DNA of 64,000 nucleotides. Origin: Octopus sinensis (Eukaryota). Within the stretch, counting starts at the first letter, position 1. The number at the start of each line of letters is the position of its first letter. Below, piece by piece: positions 10,935 to 23,148 of the stretch. The notes beneath the pieces were generated by a model. That model worked only from the letters and a program-made list of their open reading frames with translations. It searched no databases and was not told the DNA's origin. The position numbers were made by a program, and so were the translations under genes. The DNA lies in NCBI RefSeq assembly GCF_006345805.1, contig NC_043000.1:152520001-152584000 (forward strand), written 5' to 3'.

Positions 10935-11830
10935 AAGAAAGGAACTACTGATTTCAAATTTTGGCACAAGGCCAGTAAGTTTGAGAGAGGGGATAAGTCG
11001 CTTACCTCGACCTCAGTGTTCGACTGCTACTTATTTTATCGACCCAGAAAGGATGAAAGGCAAAGTTGAACACGGTGGGAATTTGAACTCATTACTTTAC
11101 AAGTCGGAAGAAATGCTGCTAAGAATTTTGTGTGAAATGTTACCGATTCCAGCTCACTGACTGGAAAGACTACAAGTCTGATTTCAAATTTTGACACAAG
11201 CCCAGCAATTTCAGGGGGTGAAGGTAGTCGATTACATCAACCCCAGTGATCAACAGGTACTTATTTTATCGACTCCGAAAGGATGAGAGGTAAAGTCGAT
11301 CTCGGCAGAATTTGAAATCAGAACGTAAAGACGGACGAAATGCCGCTAAGCGTTTTGTCCGGCGTGCTAATGATTCTTATTTCTTTATTGTCCACAAGGG
11401 GCTAAACATAGAGGGTACAAACAATGACAGACAAACGGATTAAGTCGATTATATCGACCCCAGTGCGTAACTGGTACTTATTTAATCGACCCCGAAAAGA
11501 TGAAAGGCAAAGTCGACCTCGGCGGAATTTGAACTCAGAACGTAGCGGCAGACGAAATACAACTAAGCATTTTACCCGGCGTGCTAATGATTCTGCCAGC
11601 TCGTCGCCTTAAGAACTGGATATATTAGAAATATTCGTTTTGATTTTGGTATGAGGCCAGCAATTCTTAGAGGAAAAGGAAGTCAATTACATCAACCCTA
11701 GTGTTTGACTGGTACTTATTTTATCGCCCCAGAAAGGGTGAAAGTGAAAGTTGACCTCGGTCCAGTTTGAACTCAGAACGTAATCAGCCAGAAGAAATGC
11801 CACCAAGCATTTTGCGTGACATGCTAACGA
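10935..11830 (-). mobile_element. Cluster of four same-strand Meta-domain SINEs (three old-tail, one young-tail)
   Basis: Repeated ATTTTATCGACCCC/GAAAGGATGAAAGGCAAAGTCGACCTC cores near 11040, 11270, 11490 and 11725. Confidence 0.8.
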
Positions 11831-12478
11831 TTCTGCCAGCGACAAGTGATATTACTTTCTTAGAGAGCTTCAGAGTTTAAACTAGGATCCGAAATTTGAG
11901 TCTCATACCGAAGGAATGGAAGTCACTTTTGGTTCCAGACGAAGTGATATATTCAAAGATATTAATTTTGTTCTTAAATTTTTGTTTTAGACACAAGAGA
12001 CATTATTTGATTAAAATGGAGGGCAGTAATTGTGTCGATTTCAGGAGTGGATTTTAAGAAAATGTATAGAGCGATTCGTCCGATTTGTCATCGGAGACAT
12101 TTTTGCTAAATTATAGGATCGAAGATCCGAGTAAAGAGAGGAAATAGGAAATAAAAGAGCGATTGACAATACATGAATAATTGTCTATAAGTGGTTGCTG
12201 AGGAATTTTAAGTATGGGTGTCACTAACCCGATCGTCACTACTAACATCATTGCATGTCCTATCTGACGTCATCGCTATTGCTATTGGTACTGAAATAAA
12301 AAGAGATAAGTTTACAGCGAGTTGAGTCAGTAATGCAGATTGCTGTACAGAACAAAAAAAAAGTTTCGTCGCATGTATGTAAGCGTGAGTTTGGATAGCC
12401 TGTCCTCAGTACAAATTACCTAACTGTATATATAGGTACGTAGGCAAGAAGCGACTTGCCATTTAAAGTAGCAATAAC

Positions 12479-12893
12479 GGATCTTTTCGGTTTGAACGGC
12501 AGTTTTTTCTAGCGGTGTCACCCATAATTATGACCCTAGTATCGATCTATTGCATTTCAATCTGTTTTAGGGTTAGGGTTAGGGTTAGGAGTGGGGGGAA
12601 GGGCATATTTTTTTCTTCACAAATGTAAATAAACCCAATCTGTTTCTTAAACGAGGGACATATTCATACGGCACAGAATGTTTTCACCTCAATAGACGAC
12701 ATTGATTGGTTGAAATTGCAGAAATTGAAGAAAAAAACAACAACAAATATCTTACAAACTATAGAATTTTCTCAATAAAGCCAAGAGAAAAAGATGTTTT
12801 ATAAACACATTCTACCAGTATACGAAGTTTAAAAGTGTTTAGTTACGTGGAAATTATTAAAAAAAAAAACTGCCGTTCAAACCGAAAAGATCC
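12479..12893. mobile_element. MITE with ~28-bp TIRs and 8-bp TSD (Merlin-like by GG termini and 8-bp TSD)
   Basis: TIRs GGATCTTTTCGGTTTGAACGGCAGTTTT / AAAACTGCCGTTCAAACCGAAAAGATCC; TSD GCAATAAC at 12471-12478 and 12894-12901. Confidence 0.9.
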
Positions 12894-13113
12894 GCAATAA
12901 CACTTTTGCTTTGACATCGCAAGCTTTTAAATATTGCAATAGTAATTCCTACCGTAGGAAGAGTTACCTACAGTAAACTAGCTTTCTAAGCATGTAGCTT
13001 TAAAATGGTAAACAGTTATATTCATGTATAGCTCCGAAAACTAGGCATAAGCATCACGCCATGTAGATTATTTGTATATCAGAAAAGATTAGTTAGCGTT
13101 TTATTCAACTGTA

Positions 13114-13417
13114 TGGGAAGCACTCCATCGGTAATGACGATGAGGGTTCCGGTTGATCCGAATCAACGGAACAGCCTGCCCGTGAAATTAACGTGTAAGT
13201 GGCTGAGCACTCCACAGACACGTGTACCCTTAACGTAGTTCTCGGGGATATTCAGCGTGACACAGAGAGTGACAAGGCCGGCCCCTTGAAATACAGGTAC
13301 AACAGAAACAGGAAGAAAGAGTGAGAGAAAGTTGTGGTGAAAGAGTACAGCAGGGATCACCACCATCCCCTGCCGGAGCCTCGTGGAGCTTTTAGGTGTT
13401 TTCGCTATGACCGCGAG
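13114..13417 (-). mobile_element. tRNA SINE with RTE-type tail, head deleted
   Basis: Body and tail match the full copies at 15728, 18361 and 26430. Confidence 0.85.
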
Positions 13418-13879
13418 TGTATACCAAAGCACTCTCAGGAAGAGACTGTGGCAGTGAGTCCCATATGTCATTTGGGACTTACTGCTACCGTCATTTGGGG
13501 TACGATAGATAACTTAATGTTCAACTAGTCTTACTAGTCAGCTTGGAAAGGTATAGCTCTTTTTACATTACGAAAGTAAAAGTCAGGACTCGATTAAACT
13601 AATTACTCACCTGTTTTACTGAAACTACCACTACATACAGTAACACATTACATATAAAGGACCAATTTATAGAAGTACATTACACCAATCCGTAGTACCT
13701 ATTTACAACAGCATATTACATCGTTACATAGTACCTAGTGAAAACAGGACCTTACATCAGTCCTGCAGTACCAATTTACAAAGCCATGGTATCTAATTAC
13801 AACTGTGCTACATCGACCTATGGTATATTGTTAATGGAATGCATTGCATTGATAGGGAGACTTAACACTTGGAAGAACC

Positions 13880-14300
13880 CTGAAGTCTCCAGCTGAGTAC
13901 TACTTTGGTTTATAGAGGTGCAGTGTGATGATGTTTTGTTGATAAGTAGCGATTCTGCTTGTGGTTTAATTTATTTGTTGCTATTGGAAGAGACAAGATT
14001 TAAATAGTCCAGGGGATGATATTTTAGGGATCTCCGTTAATGGAATCTATGGGTTTGGCGTATGATGTCTAAGCTGTATGTAGACGATGCGTTATGGAGA
14101 AGTTTAAGGAGAAAATAATTTGTCATATCATCTGGGTAAGAACGGGTGCTGCTGGCAGTGATAGCGAGAAAATTCTTGATGAAAAGAAGGGGACAAAAAT
14201 TAGTCTTGAGGCACACCAGAATTGATAGAGCGTGATACAGGAAGAGCTCCGTTAACACGCAGTGGCAGTGCGATCTGATGGGAAGCTACTGATTCAAGAG
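13880..14300 (-). mobile_element. Decayed CR1/L2-group reverse transcriptase fragment
   Basis: VNGALPVSRSINSGVPQ..FCPLLFIK...SYPDDMT corresponds to the RT motifs SGVPQGS.LGPLLF and FADD. Confidence 0.65.
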
Positions 14301-14452
14301 ATGATCGACGGATGAGCTTACAAGCGATGGTCGAAAGTTTTGTTGAGGTCTAGGTAATAATATTGCTTTCGTTGCAATCATGGGATCTCGGTTTCGATTC
14401 CGCAGCCTGGTATCTGGGAGTCATTTTCTAGAACCACACGTAAGAACTAATC

Positions 14453-14663
14453 ATGAGTGGACGTGGTAAAGGAGGAAAAGGATTGGGCAAAGGGGATCGC
14501 TAAGCGTCACAGGAAAGTGTTGAGAGATAACATCCAGGATATCACTAAACTCGCTATCCGTCGTCCTGCTCCTCGTCGAGGTGGTGTCGAACGTATCTCT
14601 GGTTTGATCTACGAAGAGACCCGTGGTGTATTGAAGGTATTTCTTGAGATTGTTACTAAAGAA
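14453..14663 (+). pseudogene. H4: Histone H4 pseudogene, frameshifted and 3'-truncated (copy 1)
   Basis: [14 protein letters not shown](+1 frameshift)[22 protein letters not shown]...[25 protein letters not shown]. Homology stops at about residue 63-68. Confidence 0.95.
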
Positions 14664-15509
14664 TTTTTCATTAGAATTCAGGTTTCGTGCTAGGTAAGGA
14701 GTTCATCTAACATTTTTTCTTAAACCTTTTTAATAAAATCTTGTATTTTTAATTGTTAAGTGTGAAAATGGGTAGACGGAAGTTGTGTAGCAGCTCTTAT
14801 GATAGATTGTACTTGTAATACAAAGGTCAAATCCTGTCACACTGTGCCCGCCCTTGTGAGTTACATTGAGAGTGGACGGATTTGTAAAGTACTCAACCAT
14901 TTACAAGCTATATATATATAATAATCATATATAATTTAAGGAAGATTTTGTTTCTATTTCTTGCAAGTCGAGAGACCACGTAAAGATTTCGTATGTGCTG
15001 TTCCCATGGGGACAAACAATCATGACTTCGGTTATGTTTGGCAGTGGGGTTCAGTGTTAAAATTGCATAATTCTAATTGCTATTTTTATTCTTTCTGAAA
15101 AAAAAAAAAAGAAGGAAAAATGCGATTTTGTGGTCAGCATGCAAAACTATATCAGGACTATATTTTTTGAAACTAATCTGTTGAGAAATTGAAAAACTTC
15201 AAGTGGTTGGAAGAAATTTAACAAGATAAGGTAACAATCATCTTGTTTCAGTCACTGGATTGTGGACAATGTTGGGCACTGCCTTGAAGGGTTTGGTCGG
15301 ACAAACTGACCCCAATAATTATTGTCATTAAGTCTGATACTTATTCTATCAGTATCTTTGACGAACCACTAAATTACGGGCACACAAACGAAACAACACC
15401 AGTAGTCATGCGCTATGTGCGAAAGAATACTCAGATACAGTCACACACATACATACACGTGTATGTGGTGTGTATGTGTGTGTGTGTGTGCAAATGGTTT
15501 ACCAACACC

Positions 15510-15725
15510 ACGTACCTGAATCGAACAGGGGACAAACTGCATCGCCAGGTTCAGCTACTTGATATTGATAAGCCGCAAAATAGCGAAATGTCGATATCCG
15601 TCACTCCTGAATGGGATTATAGACGAGTTGTCTCACTGTCTATGACCTACAGGTATTTTAACACCCAGTGCTTTGAAGGAATCATCCCCACTGCACTAAT
15701 CCGCAGCGTACCGGCGAACAAGCAA
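15510..15725 (+). mobile_element. Possible CR1-group ORF2 C-terminal fragment
   Basis: YRRVVSLSMTYRYFNTQCFEGIIP resembles the CR1 HRR.VASL..FYRY..G.CS.EL..IP motif. Confidence 0.45.
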
Positions 15726-15727
15726 AT

Positions 15728-16092
15728 GGATGGAAGCACCCCGTCGGTTATGATCAACGGAACAGCCTGCTCGTGAAATTAACGTGTAAGTGGCTGAGCA
15801 CTCCACAGACACGTGTACCCTTAACGTAGTTCTCGGGAATATTCAGCGTGACACAGAGAGTGACAAGGCCGGCCCCTTGAAATACAGGTACAACAGAAAC
15901 AGGAAGTAAGAGTGAGAGAAAGTTGTGGTGAAAGAGTACAGCAGGGATCACCACCATCCCCTGCCGGAGCCTCGTGGAGCTTTTAGGTGTTTTCGCTCAA
16001 TAAACACTCACAACGCCCGGTCTGGGAATCGAAACCGCGATCCTACGACCGCGAGTCCGCTGCCCTAACCACTGGGCCATTGCGCCTCCACT
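15728..16092 (-). mobile_element. tRNA SINE with RTE-type tail, near full length
   Basis: Head CAGTGGAGGCGCAATGGCCCAGTGGTTAGGGCAGCGG, B-box GGTTTCGATTCC, tail GTGCTTCCA. Confidence 0.9.
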
Positions 16093-16919
16093 GAACAAGC
16101 AAAACACATGTATTGAACATGTGCGGTCGATAATATATTTATGTAGCTTTGTATTCAACAGACTTCCACTCAGATTCTGTCAACCAAATTTACTCACAAG
16201 GCATTGTCTGTCCGGAGCCTTTTATCTTTTACTTGCTTTTACATGCCCAAGGTGTCGCGCCGTGGGACTGAACCCGAAAAAGTGTGGCTGCAAGGTGAAC
16301 TTCTTAAGCACTCAGTCATTTGTTTCCTCTATTAGAAAATTCGTTTTCTAATGGAATGTTAAACAAATACGTTCCACCAGCTATTCGACATTTAAACACA
16401 ATATTTATATGCTGACGAGTATGCGCCTGACATATATCGGACATACATGGAAAACTGAACTGATGGAATGAGAGAACTTTTAGATAGTCCCTATTTTTCT
16501 TTTCCTATACATTTTCTTATCTCATAACGAGGTGGTCGGCGGCATGGTAGGTAGGTAGGTCAATTATACTTGCACTGTTTCTCGGTTATTCGTCTCTTCT
16601 CCTGTCAGTCTGAAAAGTTATCTTCTTCCCTTGTTAATAGGAGTCGGTAGTTATGTTGGGAACACACGATAAAAGTTATATAAATAAAATAAAATAAAAT
16701 AAAATGTGATTTGGATAAATATATAAATAAATGAAAATAGAAAACTCTGACATTAACATTAAAAACAATCTTTGGAGAAAGAGTAAAACGTTTGACATTT
16801 AAGGAATGCAAAAACAAAATAAGCCGAATTTGTTCCTCGATCTGCTACAAACAGCAGCCAACTCGCCCTTAAAGCACACCCTCACATCTCTTTAAAAGAA
16901 GTCAGAGATATGACAATCT

Positions 16920-17150
16920 GGCGAGCTGGCAGAAACGTTAGCACGCCGGGCGAAATGCTTAGCGGTATTTCGTCTGCGTTACGTTGTGAGTTCAAATTCC
17001 GCCGAGGTCGACTTTGCCTTTCATCCTTTCGGGGTCGATAAATTAAGTACCAGTTACGCACTGGGGTCGATGTAATCGACTTAATATCTATGTCTGTCCT
17101 TGTTTGTCCCCTCTGTGTTTAACCCCTTTGGGTAATAAAGAAATAGGTAT
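16920..17150 (+). mobile_element. Meta-domain SINE
   Basis: Full head, Meta motif and tail ending AATAAAGAAATA. Confidence 0.9.
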
Positions 17151-17424
17151 TGGTCTAGAGCAGTGGTGATTCATATGACCCCAGAAGGTCAATATATAAT
17201 TTTGCAGGCTCCACGCTAACAAAATAGTAAATTGAGGATCCACAGTAGCATATTAAAGGCCCATGAAAAAGCTTTGGCCTCGATGTATTTATTGCAAGAA
17301 ACGGCTTAATTTCTTTACCTCAAATGTTTTCACCATAGTTTAACTGACACAAGTTGATGTGTGAAAAAACAAAATCGGGATTCTGAAAGAAGTGTCAATA
17401 AAGCAAATTTTTAAACACCGTATA

Positions 17425-17842
17425 GGCGTAGGAGTGGCTCTGTGGTAAGTAGCTTGCTAACGAACCACATGATTCAGGGTTCAGTCCCACTGCGTGGCAC
17501 CTTGGGCAACTGTCTTCTACTATAGCCTCGGGCCGACCAAAGCCTTGTGAGTGGATTTGGTAGACGGAAACTGAAAGAAGCCCGTCGTATATATGTATAT
17601 ATACATATATATGCGTGTGTGTGTGTTGTGTGTCTGTGTTTGTCCTCCTAGCATTGCTTGACAACCGATGCTGGTGTGTTTATGTCCCCGTTACTTAGCG
17701 GTTCGGCAAAAGAGACCGATAGAATAAGTACTGGGCTTACAAAAGAATAAGTCCCGGGGTCGAGTTGCTCGATTAAAGGCGGTGCTCCAGCATGGCCGCA
17801 GTCAAATGACTGAAACAAGTAAAAGAGTAAAAGAGTAAAGAG
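17425..17842 (+). mobile_element. CORE-like SINE, full length
   Basis: Near consensus. Confidence 0.9.
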
Positions 17843-18360
17843 AATGGCTATGGGAATCCACCAGAGTAGAATAGTAATCAGAGAGATTCATAGATAAAAA
17901 AAAAATGATTTAGAACCCTTGGACTCGAACGTGTGGGTGAGAGGAGACAACTTTATTCGTCCTCGTTTTTGGCCTAGGTTCTTCGTCTGTGTCATGAGTG
18001 AAGGTTGTGTGGGCCATGACGTCGAGTACCAATATCGAAGGATTGCCAGGAGACGTAATGTCGTGCTGGAGACTAGAAAACAGACGAAATAATCAACGCT
18101 GGAATGCTCCATCAAGGATGATCTGGAACTTAGCGACTACAGAAAAAAGGAACAAATCTACTCGTATAATTCGCAATCAATGTTTTCTTTGTTTTGTAGT
18201 TCTATAAATAGATTTATTTAACAATGACAGGAGGATGTGGTGGCGGTGGTGGTGGTCGTAGATTCAAGAATGGCAGCAGTAATGAGTGAATGTAAGACGA
18301 AAGGCGGAAGCTATGGAAGTGAGACGGTGAATGGTTGTTTTAGACTACTCTATTAAACGA

Positions 18361-18750
18361 CCAGTGGAGGCGCAATGGCCCAGTGGTTAAGGCAGCGGAC
18401 TCGCGGTCATAGGATCGCGGTTTCGATTCCCAGACCGGGCGTTGTGTGTGTTTATTGAGCGAAAACACCTAAAAGCTCCACGAGGCACCGGCAGGGGATG
18501 GTGGTGATCCCTGCTGTACTCTTTCACCACAACTTTCTCTGACTCTTACTTCCTGTTTCTGTTGTACCTGTATTTCAAAGGGCCGGCCTTGTCACTCTCT
18601 GTGTCACGCTGAATATCCCGAGAACTACGTTAAGGGTGCACGTGTCCGTGGAGTGCTCAGCCACTTACACGTTAATTTCACGAGCAGACTGCTCCGTTGA
18701 TTCGGATCAACCGGAACCCTCATCGTCGTAACCGACGGAGTGCTTCCAGT
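18361..18750 (+). mobile_element. tRNA SINE with RTE-type tail, full length
   Basis: A and B boxes present; tail ACCCTCATCGTCGTAACCGACGGAGTGCTTCCA; flanked by a ~165-bp direct repeat. Confidence 0.9.
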
Positions 18751-19136
18751 CCATTTCTATAAATAAACTTATTTAACAATGACAGGAGGATGTGGTGGCG
18801 GTGGTGGTGGTCGTAGATTCAAGAATGGCAGCAGTAATGAGTTAAAGTAAGACGAAAGGCGGAAGCTATGGAAGTGAGACGGTGAATGGTTGTTTTAGAC
18901 TACTTACTCTATTAAACGACCATTCACTGATTGTCGGAACGGAAATTTACCAAGTGTTTTAAGTTTACTTGGTGATAATCATTCACTCACTTACTCCCCC
19001 CTCTCTCTCTCACACACACACATATACACACACACATCTACACATTCTCACTCGCCATCGCATACACAAACTTACCTCTATCCATAAATATCCATATGTG
19101 AGTATATGAGTGTGAGAGTGTGTGTGTGCTTATATA

Positions 19137-19362
19137 TATTTCTTTATTACCCACAAGGGGCTAAACACAGAGGGGACAAACAATGACAGACAAACGGTTT
19201 AAGTCGATTACATCGACCCCCAGTGCGTAACTGGTACTTAATTTATCGACCCCGAAAGGATGAAAGGCAAAGTCGACCTCGGCGGAATTTGAACTCAGAA
19301 CGTAACGGCAGACGAAATACGGCAACGCATTTCACCCGGCGTGCTAACGATTCTGCCAGCTC
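19137..19362 (-). mobile_element. Meta-domain SINE with TSD
   Basis: Flanked by GTGTGTGCTTATATA (15 bp) on both sides. Confidence 0.9.
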
Positions 19363-19383
19363 GTGTGTGCTTATATACGCACG

Positions 19384-19443
<60 letters not shown>

Positions 19444-19934
19444 AGCAAGCACATAAAGAGCAAGACACACATGAGTGTTACCTGGAAAGTAACATAAAAG
19501 TGAAAATAGGCGCGTGCTGTGTAGTAAGAAATTTGCTTCTCAACCACGTAAACCCGAATGCAGCCCCTCTACATAGCGCCTTGAGCAAGTGTCTTCTACT
19601 ATACCCCAAATCAACCAAAGCCTTTTGGATAGATTGGTAAAGGGAAACTGAAAGAAGCCCGTTGTACACACATGCACACACATGTATGGCTGTGTGTGTG
19701 TGTTTGAGCTTGTCTCCCACCGCAGCCTAACAACCAGTTTTGATTTGATTATGACCCCGTAACTTTGCGGTTCAGTAAAAAAGCGACTGATAAAATAAGT
19801 TACAGGACTTTAAATAGTTTGGGGATCGATTCTTTCGATTAAAACTTTTCATGGCGATGCCCCAGTATGGCCGCAGTCCAATGACTAAAACAAGTAAAAA
19901 TAAAAGATAAACGATTCACTGACATATGTTAAAA

Positions 19935-19967
<33 letters not shown>

Positions 19968-20926
19968 TGTGTGTGTGTGCGTGTGTGTGTGTGTGTATAC
20001 ATACTGTTAAGAGTAGATATTGGACCTTGATCTTCGCCATAAGCAATATATAGAGGCTCTGCAGATTCTGAACTCACCCAGAGGTGCAGCTGCACTGGGT
20101 AATTAATCATCGCAAATTTGGCGGCTTTGCTGAAGATGAAAGGAGAGCATGTTAGAAAGTTGATAAAGACCACGATGAAAGCAAACCTTCACCAACAAAA
20201 TGAAATGAACAATCAGGGCTGACAAAGTTTCAAATTTCCTAGCGAGCGGGAAAATGTGACTGGAAATTAATTAGCATCTCAATTTTCACTCCGTATCTCA
20301 ATACACAAAAGCTTAAAATTTCGCTTAAGAAAATTTTTGTATCTTAGGTCATTCGTACCTCAAGTTGGGGCTAAAAGAAAAGGTTGCAGTCACTTTAGAT
20401 GCGAAAACTGGCAAGGAATAGCTTTATTGAGTTTCCACTGATTGATTGGCAATTTTGGTAAACTCGAATCAAATTAAGATTTCTTGCACCAAAAGGATCA
20501 CCCTGATAACCCTATGCCCCTGCTGTGTGGGTAGCAAATGATTCGATCTTAGGCTGAATGCAAACAAATAAACGTTTTTTATGAAAATCCCTTGGGGTGT
20601 CAACTTACCCATTTTTCATTTTTAAACCTACTTGAATAAAACATCCTGGGCTCTCGCGGGAAAATTTTAATCAACCGAAAGCATAAAAGCCCTTTCTAAA
20701 TAAATTCATTGAATGGATGTGCCCATAACTTATGGGTATAAGGGGTCGGTTTATCGATTTTTTTAATGGCTTTCTGGGGTGACTGGGGGAATGAAAAGAT
20801 CTTCACGACCACCCTCAGACAGTTTTGAAATGCAAGCCTTTTACGTGAAAAACTGGAGATTTGTATAAAGGACACACAGACACAGACACAGATACCCAGA
20901 CATTTTGCCGTTTATATATGTAGAGA

Positions 20927-21600
20927 TATTGAGTCACCCCATAAATAATGCAGTTTTTTTTTATACTTCTTTTATTTTTCAAAATTAAGATAAAGTTCTT
21001 TTTTAATCTAAAATATTCTCTCCTTTGTTTTCTACAATGCTCTTCCATTTGCAAGGCCACTCTTCCAAAATTCACTTGTTTCTGACGGAAAATACTCCTC
21101 CAGCACTGTTCTGACCTCGTCTTCAGAATTCATTTTTTTCCGTCCAATGTTCGGCGAATATGGTGGGTGAGACACCGTTTCCCATTCAAACTGATCCAGC
21201 CTTTGGAGTGTCATCCTCGATGTATGTAGCCAAGCTTTATCCTGACGGACGAACACCTTTCATCTTCAAACCAAAGATGGTCGTTTTCTTCTAGCGCTGA
21301 CTTCAGCCGCTGAAGCTGCTCGCAGTAGATTTCCTTTGTTATCGTTTGGTTTGGGTTTAAAAGTTCAAAGTGGACTAAACCTTCCATATCCCACCAAACA
21401 GATAACAATACTTTACGTGGGTGAAGACCTTCTTTAGCCTAGGTTGCCGGTGTTTCTCTTTTCCCTATCCACTGTCCTCGGCGCTTGACATTTCTATAGA
21501 GAACCAATTTCTCAACATTAGTCGCTATTCGGTCCAAAAAAGGTTCATTCCTGAAACGTGACAGCAAAAAAGAGCACACATTCACTCTCAGCACGCGATT
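20927..21600 (-). mobile_element. Mariner transposon remnant (3' half plus TIR)
   Basis: LHPRKVLLSVWWDMEGLVHFELL, QDKAWLHT, HPPYSPNI motifs; TIR-like TATTGAGTCACCCCATAAATAATG. Confidence 0.9.
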
Positions 21601-21655
21601 AGACTCGGAAAGTTCAAGTTATTGACACAGGACAGTGTACGTAATTAGGCAAGTC

Positions 21656-22439
21656 GGATCTTTTCCTTTTGAACGGCATATGTCAACACAATTTCTAGTT
21701 AACTAAACACTTTTAAACTTCGTATACTGGTAGAATGTGTTTATAAACATCATTTTTTCTTGGCTTTATTGAGAAAATTCTATAGTTTGTAAGATATTTC
21801 CACTTTAATTTCGACAATTTTAACCAATCGCTGGAGTCCATTTGGGGTGAAAACATTCCGTGCTGTATGAATATGTCCCTCGCTTAAGAAACAGATTGGG
21901 TTTATTTACATTTGCGAAGAAAAAAAGATACCCTTCCCCCACTCCTAACCCTAACCCTAAAACAGATTGAAATGCAATAGATCGATACTAGGGTTATAAT
22001 TATGGGTGACAATTTCATACGACACCGCTACGGAAAATGGGATTTTTTTCTAGCGGTGTCAAATGAAAATGTCACCTATACTTATAACCCTAGTATCGAT
22101 CTATTGCATTACAATCTGTTTTAGGGTTACGGTTACGGTTAGGGTTGGGGAAGGGTATCTTTTTTCTTCGCAAATGTAAATAAACCCAATCTCTTTCTTA
22201 AAGGAGGGACATATTCATACAGCACGGAATGTTTTCATCCCAAATGGAGGTAAGCGATTGGTTAAAATTGCCGAAATGCTCGAAATTAAAGTGGAAATAT
22301 CTTACAAACTATAGAATTTTCTCAATAAAGCCAAGAAAAAATGATGTTTTATAAACACATTCTACCGGTGTACGAAGTTTAAAAGTGTTTAGTTAACTAG
22401 AAATTGTGTTGAAAACTGCCGTTCAAAAGGAAAAGATCC
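21656..22439. mobile_element. Foldback dimer of the 8-bp-TSD MITE (two inverted ~385-bp arms)
   Basis: Termini GGATCTTTTCCTTTTGAACGGCA / TGCCGTTCAAAAGGAAAAGATCC; TSD GGCAAGTC at 21648-21655 and 22440-22447. Confidence 0.9.
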
Positions 22440-22739
22440 GGCAAGTCTTTACACGGTTATGATTGGTCTCTTGTAAAGACTGGGTTTCCTCTTTCAAGTA
22501 ACAAAAAAAAGCTATGCCACTTGGTAACCGAATATACGTCAAATGAAGTGTGACTCACACAAGAGTACTGGTATACAGCTATGACTTACAAAATGAAAAT
22601 TGCATCATATATTCATGCATGTACGTATTTATACACACATGCACACACACACACGCGCGCGCCCACCTACATTTATACATGTACATATATGTACACGTTG
22701 AAGCAACAATAAACAGCTGCGAACAACCGGCAATAATTT

Positions 22740-23040
22740 GAGGTGGGGTGAATCTGATTCGAATATATGATGGAAGACTTCCCAAGCAACTTTTGTATGG
22801 TGAACTGGGGGATGATATGAGGCCAGCACATAAATCCAAAAGGAGGTTCAAGGACTGACTAAGAATTGCTCTGACACAGACAGGAGTTTCAGTTGTTGAT
22901 TGGGGAGATTGAAGCACAAGACCGACGTGGATGGCGGGAGGAAAAGAGCGCGCAGTGGTTGTTCGAAGTTTGAAAGAGAGAGAAATGGAAGCGCGAAAAG
23001 ATCAAGAGAAGGCTTAGAAAGAATGAACCGGTGGGAAATG
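22740..23040 (+). mobile_element. RTE-clade LINE ORF2 C-terminal fragment
   Basis: RW...IRIYDGRLPKQLLYGEL...RRFKD.L...W...AQDRRGWR matches the RTE C-terminal signature. Confidence 0.8.
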
Positions 23041-23148
23041 AAGGAATGTTGCTTTTTATGTGTATGATTTATAGGAGGAAATGTCTGAGTTACGCATGCC
23101 TGGTCAGCCATCAGAGAACTGATAGGAATCAACCCATTGTAAATTATG

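Noticed and set aside
12561-12592. TTAGGG tract as a telomere or chromosome-fusion scar
   Set aside because: Only 3-4 units, and internal to a MITE present in several copies.
14457-14693. ORF-track proteins MDVVKEEK... and MDVVTEEK... as functional histone variants
   Set aside because: They start at GTG in the shifted frame created by the +1 frameshift and lack the last third of H4; kept only as pseudogenes.
18361-18440. tRNA-like sequences with A and B boxes (also 16020-16092, 26740-26810, 48192-48272)
   Set aside because: No complete cloverleaf or acceptor stem; they continue into SINE bodies, so they are SINE heads rather than tRNA genes.
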